Below are positions 31,400 through 40,920 of a stretch of 64,000 nucleotides of DNA, in pieces. The notes under the pieces were generated by a model. The model did not search any database. It saw only the letters and a program-made list of their open reading frames with translations, and was not told the DNA's origin. Both the position numbers and the translations under genes were made by a program. The DNA is taken from the sequence record MK773491.1; one strand, given 5' to 3'. The stretch's first letter is position 1. Every line of letters starts with the position of its first letter.

Positions 31400-31752
31400 G
31401 TAATATATATAAAGGGCAGGATAACCCTAAACCTACAATCTATAACACAAAAGTAAATGAAACAGAAAGTCCAAAGAAAAGTACAACATCGCCGCAGATT
31501 AAACTTCTTCGCGAAGCACACGTTACCGAAATCACACTTGGAGACCAAACACTCAGAGTAATGGATGCTGGTCATATTCAGGGTGTTATTAATATGATTG
31601 AGAAACATCATAGTAGTATTGAGCAATTAAACAAAACTGTTAATAACTTGAATAGGACTATCCGCACGTTGAATGGTCAAATACAAGACATGAATCGTGA
31701 AATTGATCAACTAAAAGGGATATTGAAAATAAATGGAAACAACTACTTATAA
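31396..31752 (+). CDS. Coiled-coil hypothetical protein
   Basis: Heptad-rich C-terminus; ATGA overlap with the previous gene. Confidence 0.55.
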   Translation: MSNIYKGQDNPKPTIYNTKVNETESPKKSTTSPQIKLLREAHVTEITLGDQTLRVMDAGHIQGVINMIEKHHSSIEQLNKTVNNLNRTIRTLNGQIQDMNREIDQLKGILKINGNNYL

Positions 31753-32365
31753 GAAAGCTAGAACTGACGTTGATATAGACGTTCGCAATTCCAAAGAAGT
31801 AATTGAACAATTACCATGTGTGAGAAGTGTTGAAATCATTAATGAAGATGGTTTTCTAGTACATAAGAGTGGGATTCATTTTGATAACATACCAGTAGAC
31901 CCTATTACCGGATATGCGAGCATACCATATAAAGAAGCCGAAAGATTAGGATATCAAAAGGTTGATATACTGTCTCAATCGGCTTATATGTATGTTCGTG
32001 ATCGTGAACATTTAAAAGAATTAATGGCACGTGAGCCAGATTGGTCATTATTATTAGTTCCAGAAATTGTTGAACAATTATCTCAGATTAAAAAACATAT
32101 TTCATTATTACAAATATGGAAACCAAGTTCTGTTGACGAATTAGCTATGTTTATTGCTATGATTCGTCCGGGCAAACGCCAATGTCAGAGCATGAATAGT
32201 TGGGATGAAGTTAGGGCTACGATTTGGGATTATAGTACAATAGGGCTTGACGGGGAAGGTAAGAAACAACGTTATTTCAAAAAACCACATGCTTATGCAT
32301 ACAGTCTAATGATTGTTGTGCAATTAAATGCTTTAGTTGAGCATCTTATGTCTTCCTCTTCTTGA
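31733..32365 (+). CDS. Stand-alone DNA polymerase III alpha (DnaE)-like catalytic mini-module
   Basis: TDVDID, HKSG, KVDIL, IAMIRPG, FKKPHAYAY follow DnaE PDxDxD, HxxG, KxDxL, AxxRPG, FNKSHAxAY in order. Confidence 0.8.
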   Translation: METTTYKKARTDVDIDVRNSKEVIEQLPCVRSVEIINEDGFLVHKSGIHFDNIPVDPITGYASIPYKEAERLGYQKVDILSQSAYMYVRDREHLKELMAREPDWSLLLVPEIVEQLSQIKKHISLLQIWKPSSVDELAMFIAMIRPGKRQCQSMNSWDEVRATIWDYSTIGLDGEGKKQRYFKKPHAYAYSLMIVVQLNALVEHLMSSSS

Positions 32366-32699
32366 GGGTAATATTTCTTCGTTTGATTCGTTTAGTTGGC
32401 AAATCACTAAGTGATATTGCCGGGCCTGATATAAAGGTGACACTATCGGTATTAAAACGTTGAGTATAATTTTCGTAAGTCTCCATCTCTTCTTGCATAA
32501 AGAGGCAGATGGGGATTGACCGATTGCTTTGCCACCACCAAGTATCAGCTAGATCTAGCAGATCTTTTTGATGGGATTCTTCCATTAGATGGAAACAGTA
32601 TAAAGTTGTATATTGTTTACTCTTAATCTTTATAATCCCATAATAGATATTCCCGTCATGTTCCAGTACTGTAACATACGGTGGGTAAGTTTTACACAT
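32346..32699 (-). CDS. Conserved hypothetical protein
   Basis: GGAG RBS before ATG 32699; minus-strand TATAAATA upstream. Confidence 0.6.
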   Translation of the reverse strand: MCKTYPPYVTVLEHDGNIYYGIIKIKSKQYTTLYCFHLMEESHQKDLLDLADTWWWQSNRSIPICLFMQEEMETYENYTQRFNTDSVTFISGPAISLSDLPTKRIKRRNITLKKRKT

Positions 32700-32712
32700 T
32701 AATAGGACTCCC

Positions 32713-32750
32713 ATAAATATTATATAGTTTAAAAGTACATAGTATTTATA
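32713..32750. promoter_or_regulatory. Crossed pair of late promoters
   Basis: ATAAATA on + at 32713-32719 and TATAAATA on - at 32743-32750. Confidence 0.6.
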
Positions 32751-32761
32751 GAGGTAAACTA

Positions 32762-33733
32762 ATGGCACATTACGGCGTTTATACGTACCCGACTAATAAT
32801 GAAGTAGCACTTGGCAACTTCAACTTACCTTTCAATCAAGAAAAGGTTGTAATTTATCGTGGTGCAAACAATTCATTATCCTTTTCAGTACATAACGCTG
32901 ATGGTAAGTATACCTTACTACGAGACGATGAATATTTAATTTTTGCAATTTTTGATGCTCGAAACAATACAAAGATTTATGATGTATTGCTAGAGAAAAT
33001 ATTACCCTCATGGGTATCTGAAGCTGGTCAAGCAAGACCAACATTAAGTAATAAGAAAAAAGTGTATTACGGCTGCGTAGTCCCTGCTGGAGTTATTCAA
33101 GATTTAAGCCCCGGTTCGAAGTATCGTTGGACAATTCACAAAGTTCGTCTAAATGGTGATCTTGTCGAACCAACAGAATTTCTGTATACTGGATTAGGTT
33201 TTGAAGCTAGTGCAGAATTGATTATTAGTGATCAAGCTGCACCGGTATTTGTTGCATCCCAAGAGATTAGTGCGGAGAAGAATTCTTCATGGCTACCGAT
33301 TGCACACAAATCAGAGCAACCCATTGCAAATGGGGTAAAAGGGGATTACGAAGTATTACACTCTTCAGCTATACGTGCTGGTTGCCAGTACGGTTTGGTT
33401 GAGGGCTTAAGTACTATCGCATTCTATTTTCAAAACTTTATCGGTCGGATTCAACTTCAAGGTTGTTTGGCTAATAATTCTCCAAATGATAACGAGGAAT
33501 ACAAGTGGTTCATCATTAAGCTAGATGGAAAAGAGTACATCGAAAGTGGCTGGGATGAACATGGTGCACCAAAATCTATTGATGGAATCCAAGCCTTTAA
33601 CTTCAAGGGGAATTATATGTGGGTACGTGCGGTTTGCTGCATCCCGCCGCTAGTACGACACTATGAACCAAACGAGGTGGTCAAGTATTACGAACCGTTG
33701 AAGACTGTCCCTAAAATTTTAATCAGACGATAA
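32762..33733 (+). CDS. Probable virion (baseplate/tail, BppU-like N-terminus) protein
   Basis: VIYRGANNSLSFSVHNADGK beta-sandwich start; late promoter; GAGG RBS. Confidence 0.5.
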   Translation: MAHYGVYTYPTNNEVALGNFNLPFNQEKVVIYRGANNSLSFSVHNADGKYTLLRDDEYLIFAIFDARNNTKIYDVLLEKILPSWVSEAGQARPTLSNKKKVYYGCVVPAGVIQDLSPGSKYRWTIHKVRLNGDLVEPTEFLYTGLGFEASAELIISDQAAPVFVASQEISAEKNSSWLPIAHKSEQPIANGVKGDYEVLHSSAIRAGCQYGLVEGLSTIAFYFQNFIGRIQLQGCLANNSPNDNEEYKWFIIKLDGKEYIESGWDEHGAPKSIDGIQAFNFKGNYMWVRAVCCIPPLVRHYEPNEVVKYYEPLKTVPKILIRR

Positions 33734-33735
33734 AG

Positions 33736-33766
33736 TTGGGATGAACCTGAAAAAATGTGATATAAT
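33736..33766 (+). promoter_or_regulatory. GGGACA-class promoter (primase/helicase)
   Basis: TTGGGATG-N17-TATAAT, TGTGA. Confidence 0.78.
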
Positions 33767-33790
33767 CAACCTATATGCGAGGATGAAATT

Positions 33791-34849
33791 ATGAATCAGG
33801 TTCAAATTATTGTGGCAAACTTGATGCAAGATCCTGTACCAGCAATGGGAGCATGGAAGCATCATAATTGCCCTGCATGTGTATTCAAAGGTCAACCACG
33901 CCCTGATACACGTGGACGTGGGAACCACGTCTTTAATAATGATGGTGGAATAGGTTATAACTGTTTCAACTGTGGTCTTAAAGTAAACTGGCAACCCGGA
34001 AGGTATATGAGCAACGATATGGAAACGTTGCTCATTTCGTATGGTGCGTCAGATAAAGATATTGCCTTTATTAAACTTTTCATTGATGAAATGGTTAAGA
34101 GTGGCGAATACGAGGTTGAGGAATCCGCCTCGAATAAGTTATTCCAGCGAATAACAAAACGTGAGTTACCACCGGATGCAAAGAGTTTTGCAGAGTGGGC
34201 GAGTACTCCAGATATTGAACGCTTACAGCCTAAGTTCATTAGTGTTCTAGAAGCTGTTAATATGCGTAATCCATATCTACTGGACTTAGATATCTACTGG
34301 AGTCCATCAAAAGAACATCGTATGTATGATAGGTTTATTATACCTTATTATATGCACGGTGAAGTAATAGGTTACACGGCTAGACACAAAGATATGGATA
34401 GTGATTATCGCTATGTCAATCAAGTAAGTACTAGCCTTCTTTATAACTTTGATTTGCTCAATGATGAAAGAATTAAAGTTATATTTGTGGCAGAAGGCCC
34501 GATTGATGCCGCCTTAATGTGCGGTGTATCTGCCAATAACTATTACCTCACAACTGCTCAAATAGAACTATTGAAAGCAGCACAACAAAGAGGTAAAAAA
34601 ATAGTTATAGTACCAGACCGTGACAAAGATGGTTTGAAAGCGATTGACCAAGCAAAGGAACATGGATTTGCAGTATCGTTCCCTGATTATGGTACAGTCA
34701 GACAACCTGACGGAAGGGGAATCCGTCACATAAAAGATTTAGATGAAGCATGTGCTAAGTATGGTAGGTTATTCTGTGTGCAGTTAATACACGCTAGCAT
34801 AGTAGAAGACCCATTTTACATTGAAGTACAAAAGGGCAAATGGATTTGA
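33791..34849 (+). CDS. gp61: DNA primase (DnaG/gp61-like)
   Basis: Zn-binding CPAC...CFNC, RFIIP, TOPRIM AEGPID and PDRD. Confidence 0.88.
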   Translation: MNQVQIIVANLMQDPVPAMGAWKHHNCPACVFKGQPRPDTRGRGNHVFNNDGGIGYNCFNCGLKVNWQPGRYMSNDMETLLISYGASDKDIAFIKLFIDEMVKSGEYEVEESASNKLFQRITKRELPPDAKSFAEWASTPDIERLQPKFISVLEAVNMRNPYLLDLDIYWSPSKEHRMYDRFIIPYYMHGEVIGYTARHKDMDSDYRYVNQVSTSLLYNFDLLNDERIKVIFVAEGPIDAALMCGVSANNYYLTTAQIELLKAAQQRGKKIVIVPDRDKDGLKAIDQAKEHGFAVSFPDYGTVRQPDGRGIRHIKDLDEACAKYGRLFCVQLIHASIVEDPFYIEVQKGKWI

Positions 34850-34860
34850 GGAAAGAATAA

Positions 34861-36405
34861 ATGGCTTTAGTAAACACGGACGTTAAACAATATGGAATTA
34901 ACTATCAAGAGTATCTACTTTCACAGGTTCTAAGCAATCCAGACATTTTTGTACGTTGTAAGGGTATTCTTAAACCTGATTATTTTGATAAGGAATTTCA
35001 TAGCAGTATTACTTTTGTGCATGAGCACTCACAAAAATATAATACCACTCCTACCTTAGATGATATTGAGTTTAAAGGTGGTTATCGTTATCGACATACA
35101 CCTGTAGATGCATTAGGTGAGCAAGCAGTACTGGATGATATTGGTCAGTTCTGTCGTCACAAAGCACTAGCTCTAGCAATTCAACAAGGTATGGAATTAG
35201 TAAATCAGAAGAAGTATGGTGGAATTGAAGAACTTATTCGTGAAGCAATGCTAGTAAGTGTTCAAAACGAATTAGGTCTAGACATTTATGAAAACCCAGA
35301 AGAAGTAATCCGTTCATTGAATATGAATCAAGGTTCATTCAAGACTGGTTGGGAAACATTAGATTTTAAACTATACGGTGGGTTCGGTCGTCAAGAACTA
35401 GAAATCTTCGCTGCGGCATCAGGTGGTGGTAAATCTGTAGTACTACAAAACTTAGCAGTTAACTTCTCCAAACAAGGTAAAGTTGGTGCTTATATATCTC
35501 TAGAACTAGCAGAAGAACTTGTTGCAGTTCGTATCTATTCAATGATGGTGAACAAAGATAACAAGTCTATTAAATCTTCACCTGAAAATGCAAGTATTCA
35601 GATTAAACTAGAAGAGAAGACAAACGGTTCTCTACGTATTCATCGTATGCCAGAATCGGTCACTACTGTAAATGATATTGAAAGTTATCTTCGTGAACTA
35701 CAAATTAAAACTGGTCTAAAGTTAGATTATGTTTGCGTGGACTATCTTGATCTATTAACATCAGACCGTTGTGGCCCAAATGATAAATCTAATGCGTTCG
35801 TTAAAGATAAGTTTGTATCAGAAGAATTACGTGCACTTGCTATGAAAATGGATATCACTGTCGTCACTGCTTGTCAGTTTAACCGTAGTGGTATTAGTGA
35901 AGAGAAGAAAAGCCAATCACAAATCGCTGGTGGTATTTCTAAAATCTACACAGCAGATAACGTAATCTATATTGAGGCTCGTCGCGAAACTGGTGAAATG
36001 TGGTTCGACTTCCAGAAAACTCGTAACAGTGGTGCAGTAGGTTCTCGTCTACGTATGTCATATAATACTGACAGTCTACGTGTACTTGACCATAGCATTA
36101 CAGTACAGCAAATGGAAATCGATGGTTCTGGTTTCAAACACTCAGATGGTTCTAACCCTGCGAAAGTAGGTGGTGGAAACGTCACTGGAGCACCCGGAGT
36201 GCCACTACAGCAATCTCCAATGCAGATGCTACATAGTCACTTCCAAAGCTGCCAAGCAGCTTCTACGGCGGTTCCAGATGCCCCTGTACCCCAATCTCCC
36301 GGTATTCAAGATACTTCTAAATCATCTAGTATAAATACTACAAATGACGCTAGCATTAACAATGAAAACATGTTAGCCATCAGGAGTTTATTGAATAGGA
36401 AATAA
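34861..36405 (+). CDS. gp41: Replicative DnaB-like helicase (gp41)
   Basis: ASGGGKS, YISLEL, VDYLDL, TACQFNR, KTRN motifs. Confidence 0.92.
   Translation: MALVNTDVKQYGINYQEYLLSQVLSNPDIFVRCKGILKPDYFDKEFHSSITFVHEHSQKYNTTPTLDDIEFKGGYRYRHTPVDALGEQAVLDDIGQFCRHKALALAIQQGMELVNQKKYGGIEELIREAMLVSVQNELGLDIYENPEEVIRSLNMNQGSFKTGWETLDFKLYGGFGRQELEIFAAASGGGKSVVLQNLAVNFSKQGKVGAYISLELAEELVAVRIYSMMVNKDNKSIKSSPENASIQIKLEEKTNGSLRIHRMPESVTTVNDIESYLRELQIKTGLKLDYVCVDYLDLLTSDRCGPNDKSNAFVKDKFVSEELRALAMKMDITVVTACQFNRSGISEEKKSQSQIAGGISKIYTADNVIYIEARRETGEMWFDFQKTRNSGAVGSRLRMSYNTDSLRVLDHSITVQQMEIDGSGFKHSDGSNPAKVGGGNVTGAPGVPLQQSPMQMLHSHFQSCQAASTAVPDAPVPQSPGIQDTSKSSSINTTNDASINNENMLAIRSLLNRK
36330..36337 (+). promoter_or_regulatory. 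T4-type late promoter inside the helicase 3' end
   Basis: TATAAATA about 70 nt before the 36409 cluster. Confidence 0.55.
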
Positions 36406-36408
36406 TAC

Positions 36409-36690
36409 ATGTCGAGTGATAAGAAAACACTTCTTGATAGTATCTTTAACTATACGCCAGAAAAAAGTAAATTACAGAATTTTAGTACTAAAGCAGATCA
36501 TGCGATTAATTCTGTAATTAATTTGCTTGAGTATATTGATACTGAATTTGGACAAGACGATGCAGACGATCTTAAAAAGCGATTGTTTCTAAGTATTAAA
36601 AACAGGGATTATAAAAAATTCCAACGTGGATTAGATAACATAGCTCTTGATGAAAAACGACAATCCAAGGGAGGACGATTAGATGAGTAA
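36409..36690 (+). CDS. Hypothetical protein
   Basis: 93-aa ORF after a late promoter at 36330. Confidence 0.55.
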   Translation: MSSDKKTLLDSIFNYTPEKSKLQNFSTKADHAINSVINLLEYIDTEFGQDDADDLKKRLFLSIKNRDYKKFQRGLDNIALDEKRQSKGGRLDE

Positions 36691-36847
36691 GAAACTCAAA
36701 GAAAATGCTTCTTCTGGTGCGACGAGTGCAGGGAGTATTGCATCTGTTAGTACTGGATTACATTTTCCACTAATGAAACGTTTACCGAAGACAATACTCT
36801 TTGGTGGCTATACTGAAGTGAATATGGAGAAAAAAGATAAGAAATGA
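36683..36847 (+). CDS. 54-aa protein with capsid-like LKENASSGATSAGSIA motif (not in ORF track)
   Basis: GGAGG RBS, ATG 36683, TGA 36845-36847; overlaps both neighbouring ORFs in coupled fashion. Confidence 0.7.
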   Translation: MSKKLKENASSGATSAGSIASVSTGLHFPLMKRLPKTILFGGYTEVNMEKKDKK

Positions 36848-37245
36848 AACCATACACATTCTACACGATAAACACGATTGTAGATATTGGTGATGGTAGT
36901 ACTCCCGCAATTATTGATGGAAAGTTTACTGGTGCAATGAATCTAACACGGATTGTACAATCTGTGATGGAATATGACTATCCAATGATGGTCAGCATAG
37001 TAAGGAATGAAGTTGATTTGTCAAAGGGTAACAATTCTGATTTCTACGCATTACCTGCATCATGGGGTAAATGTATTGTTAGTACTTTAAAATTTGCATT
37101 ACCTGTTGATGTGCATATACAATTGACTGGAATACCATTAGTACTCCCCACTGTAGTTAATAAAACGAGAATCACAAGATTTAATCTAGCATCAAGTACT
37201 CGTAATACAAGCATAACTAAACAAACTTTTTCTATGAGTAAATAA
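36844..37245 (+). CDS. Hypothetical protein
   Basis: ATGA overlap with the previous gene. Confidence 0.55.
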   Translation: MKPYTFYTINTIVDIGDGSTPAIIDGKFTGAMNLTRIVQSVMEYDYPMMVSIVRNEVDLSKGNNSDFYALPASWGKCIVSTLKFALPVDVHIQLTGIPLVLPTVVNKTRITRFNLASSTRNTSITKQTFSMSK

Positions 37246-37272
37246 CGGAAAGGTTTTCTTTTTGGAGATACA

Positions 37273-38208
37273 ATGGATATTCAACAAACCGCAACGGAAT
37301 TGCAAAAGTTCGCAGATGCGAATGGTTTGCAGATGGATGTATCTACAGTTTTAGATAGTATGGATGCAGGGGATTTTGTTGCCCTAAACCAAGCTATGGA
37401 TAATTCTGATAATCATTCCATTCTTAAAATTTTACAAAAATATAAATCTCGTACATTTGAGAGTTATCAATATTTTAGTGGTATGTTACTAACTGAAGAT
37501 GAAAGTATAAATTTAGTTAATGACATGACACCAGATGAATTGATTGAACATTACCGTACTATGGAAGGTATGATTCATGAAGTTGATCACTTAACTTTAC
37601 AAGAAATTCGCACTTTAGTTTATGAAGATTTAACTACACAGTTACGTGCTAATCAGATTGTTGATCGTAATACTACTACACAGCAACAGCAAGTAAATCC
37701 TCAAACACAAGCTAAAGTTAAACAAGCTAATATTCAGCGTAATGCGAATAATAGTTCGTTTAAAGTTTCAGTACCGGGTAACCAACAAGGTACGCAGGAA
37801 ATTGAGCCAGTGGTCGGTATTGATCCTGGGCCAACTCCACAGCAAACATTGGTTGTAACCAAAGATCAAAATAAACCTAATGAACTAAGTGTTTATGGTT
37901 TAGATGATGTTGAAACTGTACAAAATCAAGGTACTACCACAATCAGTGAAGAATTATCACCCCAAGAAGCCAATGATGAAGTAATGGGGCCACCATCTGG
38001 TAGAGATAATATTGGTGGAGGCCCAACAACCTTTACTAATACTGCTGCTGGTATGGGAGCAATTCGACAAGCGATTGACGATGCTGTATCATCTGAAGTT
38101 GAAAATACTGATGGTGAACAAAGTCCATTGGGTAATGATGCTACCGAAGCTGGTAATGATATGATTGACCAGATTATTGACTTCTGCACGAGAATGAGAG
38201 GTAGATAA
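37273..38208 (+). CDS. Q/N-rich late hypothetical protein
   Basis: GGAG RBS; upstream GTAAATA. Confidence 0.55.
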   Translation: MDIQQTATELQKFADANGLQMDVSTVLDSMDAGDFVALNQAMDNSDNHSILKILQKYKSRTFESYQYFSGMLLTEDESINLVNDMTPDELIEHYRTMEGMIHEVDHLTLQEIRTLVYEDLTTQLRANQIVDRNTTTQQQQVNPQTQAKVKQANIQRNANNSSFKVSVPGNQQGTQEIEPVVGIDPGPTPQQTLVVTKDQNKPNELSVYGLDDVETVQNQGTTTISEELSPQEANDEVMGPPSGRDNIGGGPTTFTNTAAGMGAIRQAIDDAVSSEVENTDGEQSPLGNDATEAGNDMIDQIIDFCTRMRGR

Positions 38209-38429
38209 TGAGAATAGCCAAAAGTGAATTTGGCGTTTCGGTAATGGTATCTAATGAAGAATATCGTGTTATTCGTAAAATAAAATCATTGGGCCGTGTC
38301 AATCGTGACATGGTTCCTGATTACTATCAGGAAATTGCTGATAAATTAGTATCTCGTGGAGTTCTAAATAGAATAGAAATTGGCGAGAAAGAATACTATG
38401 AACCAGTGAGGATAAAGAAAAATGATTGA
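38208..38429 (+). CDS. Small hypothetical protein
   Basis: TAATG coupling with the previous gene. Confidence 0.55.
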   Translation: MRIAKSEFGVSVMVSNEEYRVIRKIKSLGRVNRDMVPDYYQEIADKLVSRGVLNRIEIGEKEYYEPVRIKKND

Positions 38430-39162
38430 TAGAAACGAAGTTAACAACATTATGGATATGCTTGGTTCTCTAGATGAAATCGAAGCAGGAACTAATGCAC
38501 CCGTAGCGTCACAAGAATCTTTTAATGCAACTCGTGATCTTCTAAGTGGACTAAATGATATTGGTCTAGCGTATGGTAACTTATTAACACCAGAAAATGC
38601 AGTACCAGATCAAATAAGTGAATCTCAATTATATGAGAACTATGACGATTTCGAAGCACAAGAAAGATTAAACCAAATTTATGGACAAGACCCTAATGGC
38701 GTTATTAATTACGATCAGGGTAAACCACAAACTAAATCAGTACAACAAACTTTTAAACCAAGTATTGGTTCACCTAAAACTGCATGGTCATTGGTGGAAG
38801 AAGTTGCTCCCGGAACAAAGAGTACTAAAGTCTATAGTATTCAATCCAACCATAGTGGACAAAAGATTATGGATGGTATCATGATGTACGAAGCAGCCTT
38901 GACTCTAACTAATCTTCTAAATGAAGGTCGTAAGATTAATGATACTAAGATGCTAGGCATTATTAGTTCAGGATTGCAGTACACTAATGTTGTAAACGAA
39001 GGCATTAAAGCCGCTCGCGAACGACAGAAAGTACTTAAAGAATCTCGTTATGATGATGCGAAAGACCTTGATATTATTATTGCAGAAAAGAAAGCGGAAG
39101 CGTACAAGTTAAAAGAACGAGTACTTACCTTTTTGCAAAAAGAAGGTTACATTAGTAAATAA
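38422..39162 (+). CDS. Late hypothetical protein
   Basis: 246-aa ORF in the coupled cluster. Confidence 0.55.
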   Translation: MIDRNEVNNIMDMLGSLDEIEAGTNAPVASQESFNATRDLLSGLNDIGLAYGNLLTPENAVPDQISESQLYENYDDFEAQERLNQIYGQDPNGVINYDQGKPQTKSVQQTFKPSIGSPKTAWSLVEEVAPGTKSTKVYSIQSNHSGQKIMDGIMMYEAALTLTNLLNEGRKINDTKMLGIISSGLQYTNVVNEGIKAARERQKVLKESRYDDAKDLDIIIAEKKAEAYKLKERVLTFLQKEGYISK

Positions 39163-39193
39163 ATTAGAATTTAATCTTATAAGGAAATAAGGA

Positions 39194-39826
39194 ATGTCTA
39201 AACAATTCAAAAAAATGATGGAAGCCGAGTCGAAAGCAGAAGCTCTAACTCTTGTTAAACTAACCGAATCTAACATTGAGAAAGCAGAAATTGTACTCGC
39301 AGTTAAAGGTGAAATCGTGGATAAACTTCAACGCCAAGCTGAAGTAATTAACAACATGGGTGTTGACGTACTAGGCCCACTACTTGATCGTATTAAAGCA
39401 GAACATGGTATTGAGAGTGCTGATGCATTTCGCAATAATATCAGTGGACTACTTGAACAAGCCGTTAAAACTCTAATGGATGTTAAAGACAAGATCAGTA
39501 CTGAAACTCTAAAACTAACTGGTGATATTACTAATGCACCAGACGTTTCTGATATTGGCGGTGATATGGGTGGTGAAGATGTATCTCTAGATATTGATAC
39601 CCCTGATTTTGATTTCGAAGGTGATGCTGAATTCAGCGATGATCTAGTAGAACCAGTTCCAGCAGAACGTGAAATGCGTGAAAGTGTTAAACCACGTATT
39701 GGGTTAAAACTTGAAAGCAACAAAGGCACTATCGGTACTAAATTCTTCGAATCTAAGACTGAAGCTAAAAAGTGGCTAACTGAAAACCAAAATAAAGTAA
39801 AACGTGTAATTGGTTTCACCAAATAA
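39194..39826 (+). CDS. Late hypothetical protein, possibly head-internal
   Basis: AAGGA RBS; LTES and MRES motifs; acidic linker. Confidence 0.55.
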   Translation: MSKQFKKMMEAESKAEALTLVKLTESNIEKAEIVLAVKGEIVDKLQRQAEVINNMGVDVLGPLLDRIKAEHGIESADAFRNNISGLLEQAVKTLMDVKDKISTETLKLTGDITNAPDVSDIGGDMGGEDVSLDIDTPDFDFEGDAEFSDDLVEPVPAEREMRESVKPRIGLKLESNKGTIGTKFFESKTEAKKWLTENQNKVKRVIGFTK

Positions 39827-39838
39827 GAGAGGTGCTAA

Positions 39839-40168
39839 ATGAGATTCAGTGATTTAACTGAAGAAGCACCCGCAAAAGATATTCGCAACATGATTACCAG
39901 TGTTGCGTTATCTCTAGTAGCTAGTGGGCGTGAAAATGTTAGTGTGCAATCTCTAATTGCAGAAATTAAAAAACGTACTAACATTGATGTTCCTTATAAT
40001 GTTATGATGGATATCTTAAACTCTTTGCCATTTGTACAGGATGCCAATTCTGATATGGTACAATTTGCTGGTGCTGATGAAAGCAGTAGTGAAGAGGGTG
40101 AAAGCTCAGAAGACATTGTAAGCGATATGGCTACAAAAGCTGCAACCAGCAGCATGAACCAAAAATAA
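39839..40168 (+). CDS. Late hypothetical protein
   Basis: GAGG RBS; MRFSDLTEE start. Confidence 0.55.
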   Translation: MRFSDLTEEAPAKDIRNMITSVALSLVASGRENVSVQSLIAEIKKRTNIDVPYNVMMDILNSLPFVQDANSDMVQFAGADESSSEEGESSEDIVSDMATKAATSSMNQK

Positions 40169-40199
40169 TTGAGACAAAACAGAATAAATGTGCTATAAT
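40169..40199 (+). promoter_or_regulatory. GGGACA-class promoter (exonuclease)
   Basis: TTGAGACA-N17-TATAAT, TGTGC. Confidence 0.78.
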
Positions 40200-40212
40200 A
40201 GGAGTACAACGG

Positions 40213-40920
40213 ATGTACACACCACCTATGATTGAACGGTACACTTATCTCGGTTATGATCGTATCGAAGGCGGCCCCGAAGGTCGCCTTTATGCTACCC
40301 CTACCGGGAATCTACCGTCAGTTACTACCATCTTGAGTGCTACCTCAGATGATGAAGGACTAAAACAGTGGCGAGCATTCGTCGGTGAACAAAAAGCAAA
40401 TGAAATAACATTGGAAGCAACAACTATCGGTACGTTCATGCATGAGAATTTAGAACGCCGTTTGATTGGAGAAGAAGATCATTTGGGCGGTATGCCAATT
40501 CGAGTGTTAGCTCGTAACATGGCAGACGTTATTCAGCGTGAAGCATGGCCTAAAATCAATGAAGTATGGGGGCAAGAAGTTCCTTTATTTTATGAAGGTC
40601 TTTGGGCTGGAACTACTGACTTAGTAGGAATGCACGATGGTATACCAACGATAATGGATTACAAAAACTCTCGTAAACCTAAGAAATGGGATAAGATTGA
40701 GAACTACAGATTACAGACCGCAGCATATGCATTAGCACATAATCAAATGTTCGGAACTGATATACAACGTGGAGTAATCTTTATCTGTGTTCGAGAAGAC
40801 CCAAACAATCTTCAGTACCAAGAATTCGTAATTGAAGGACAGGACTTTGAAGATGCGAAAAAAGGTTGGATTGAAAGAGTCGAGCAATACTATATTATGA
40901 GAGGCGATATTACAAAATGA
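40213..40920 (+). CDS. PD-(D/E)xK exonuclease (RecB/Cas4/MGME1-like)
   Basis: LPSVTTIL, GTFMH, EVPLF, AGTTDL, IMDYKNS, LQTAAY. Confidence 0.85.
   Translation: MYTPPMIERYTYLGYDRIEGGPEGRLYATPTGNLPSVTTILSATSDDEGLKQWRAFVGEQKANEITLEATTIGTFMHENLERRLIGEEDHLGGMPIRVLARNMADVIQREAWPKINEVWGQEVPLFYEGLWAGTTDLVGMHDGIPTIMDYKNSRKPKKWDKIENYRLQTAAYALAHNQMFGTDIQRGVIFICVREDPNNLQYQEFVIEGQDFEDAKKGWIERVEQYYIMRGDITK

Noticed and set aside
39328-39822. 164-aa antisense ORF
   Set aside because: Entirely antisense to a well-supported gene; shadow-type composition and no RBS.
40213-40920. Cas4-like nuclease as part of a phage CRISPR system
   Set aside because: No repeat-spacer array or other cas gene in the window and no Fe-S cysteine cluster; it fits a generic PD-(D/E)xK exonuclease.
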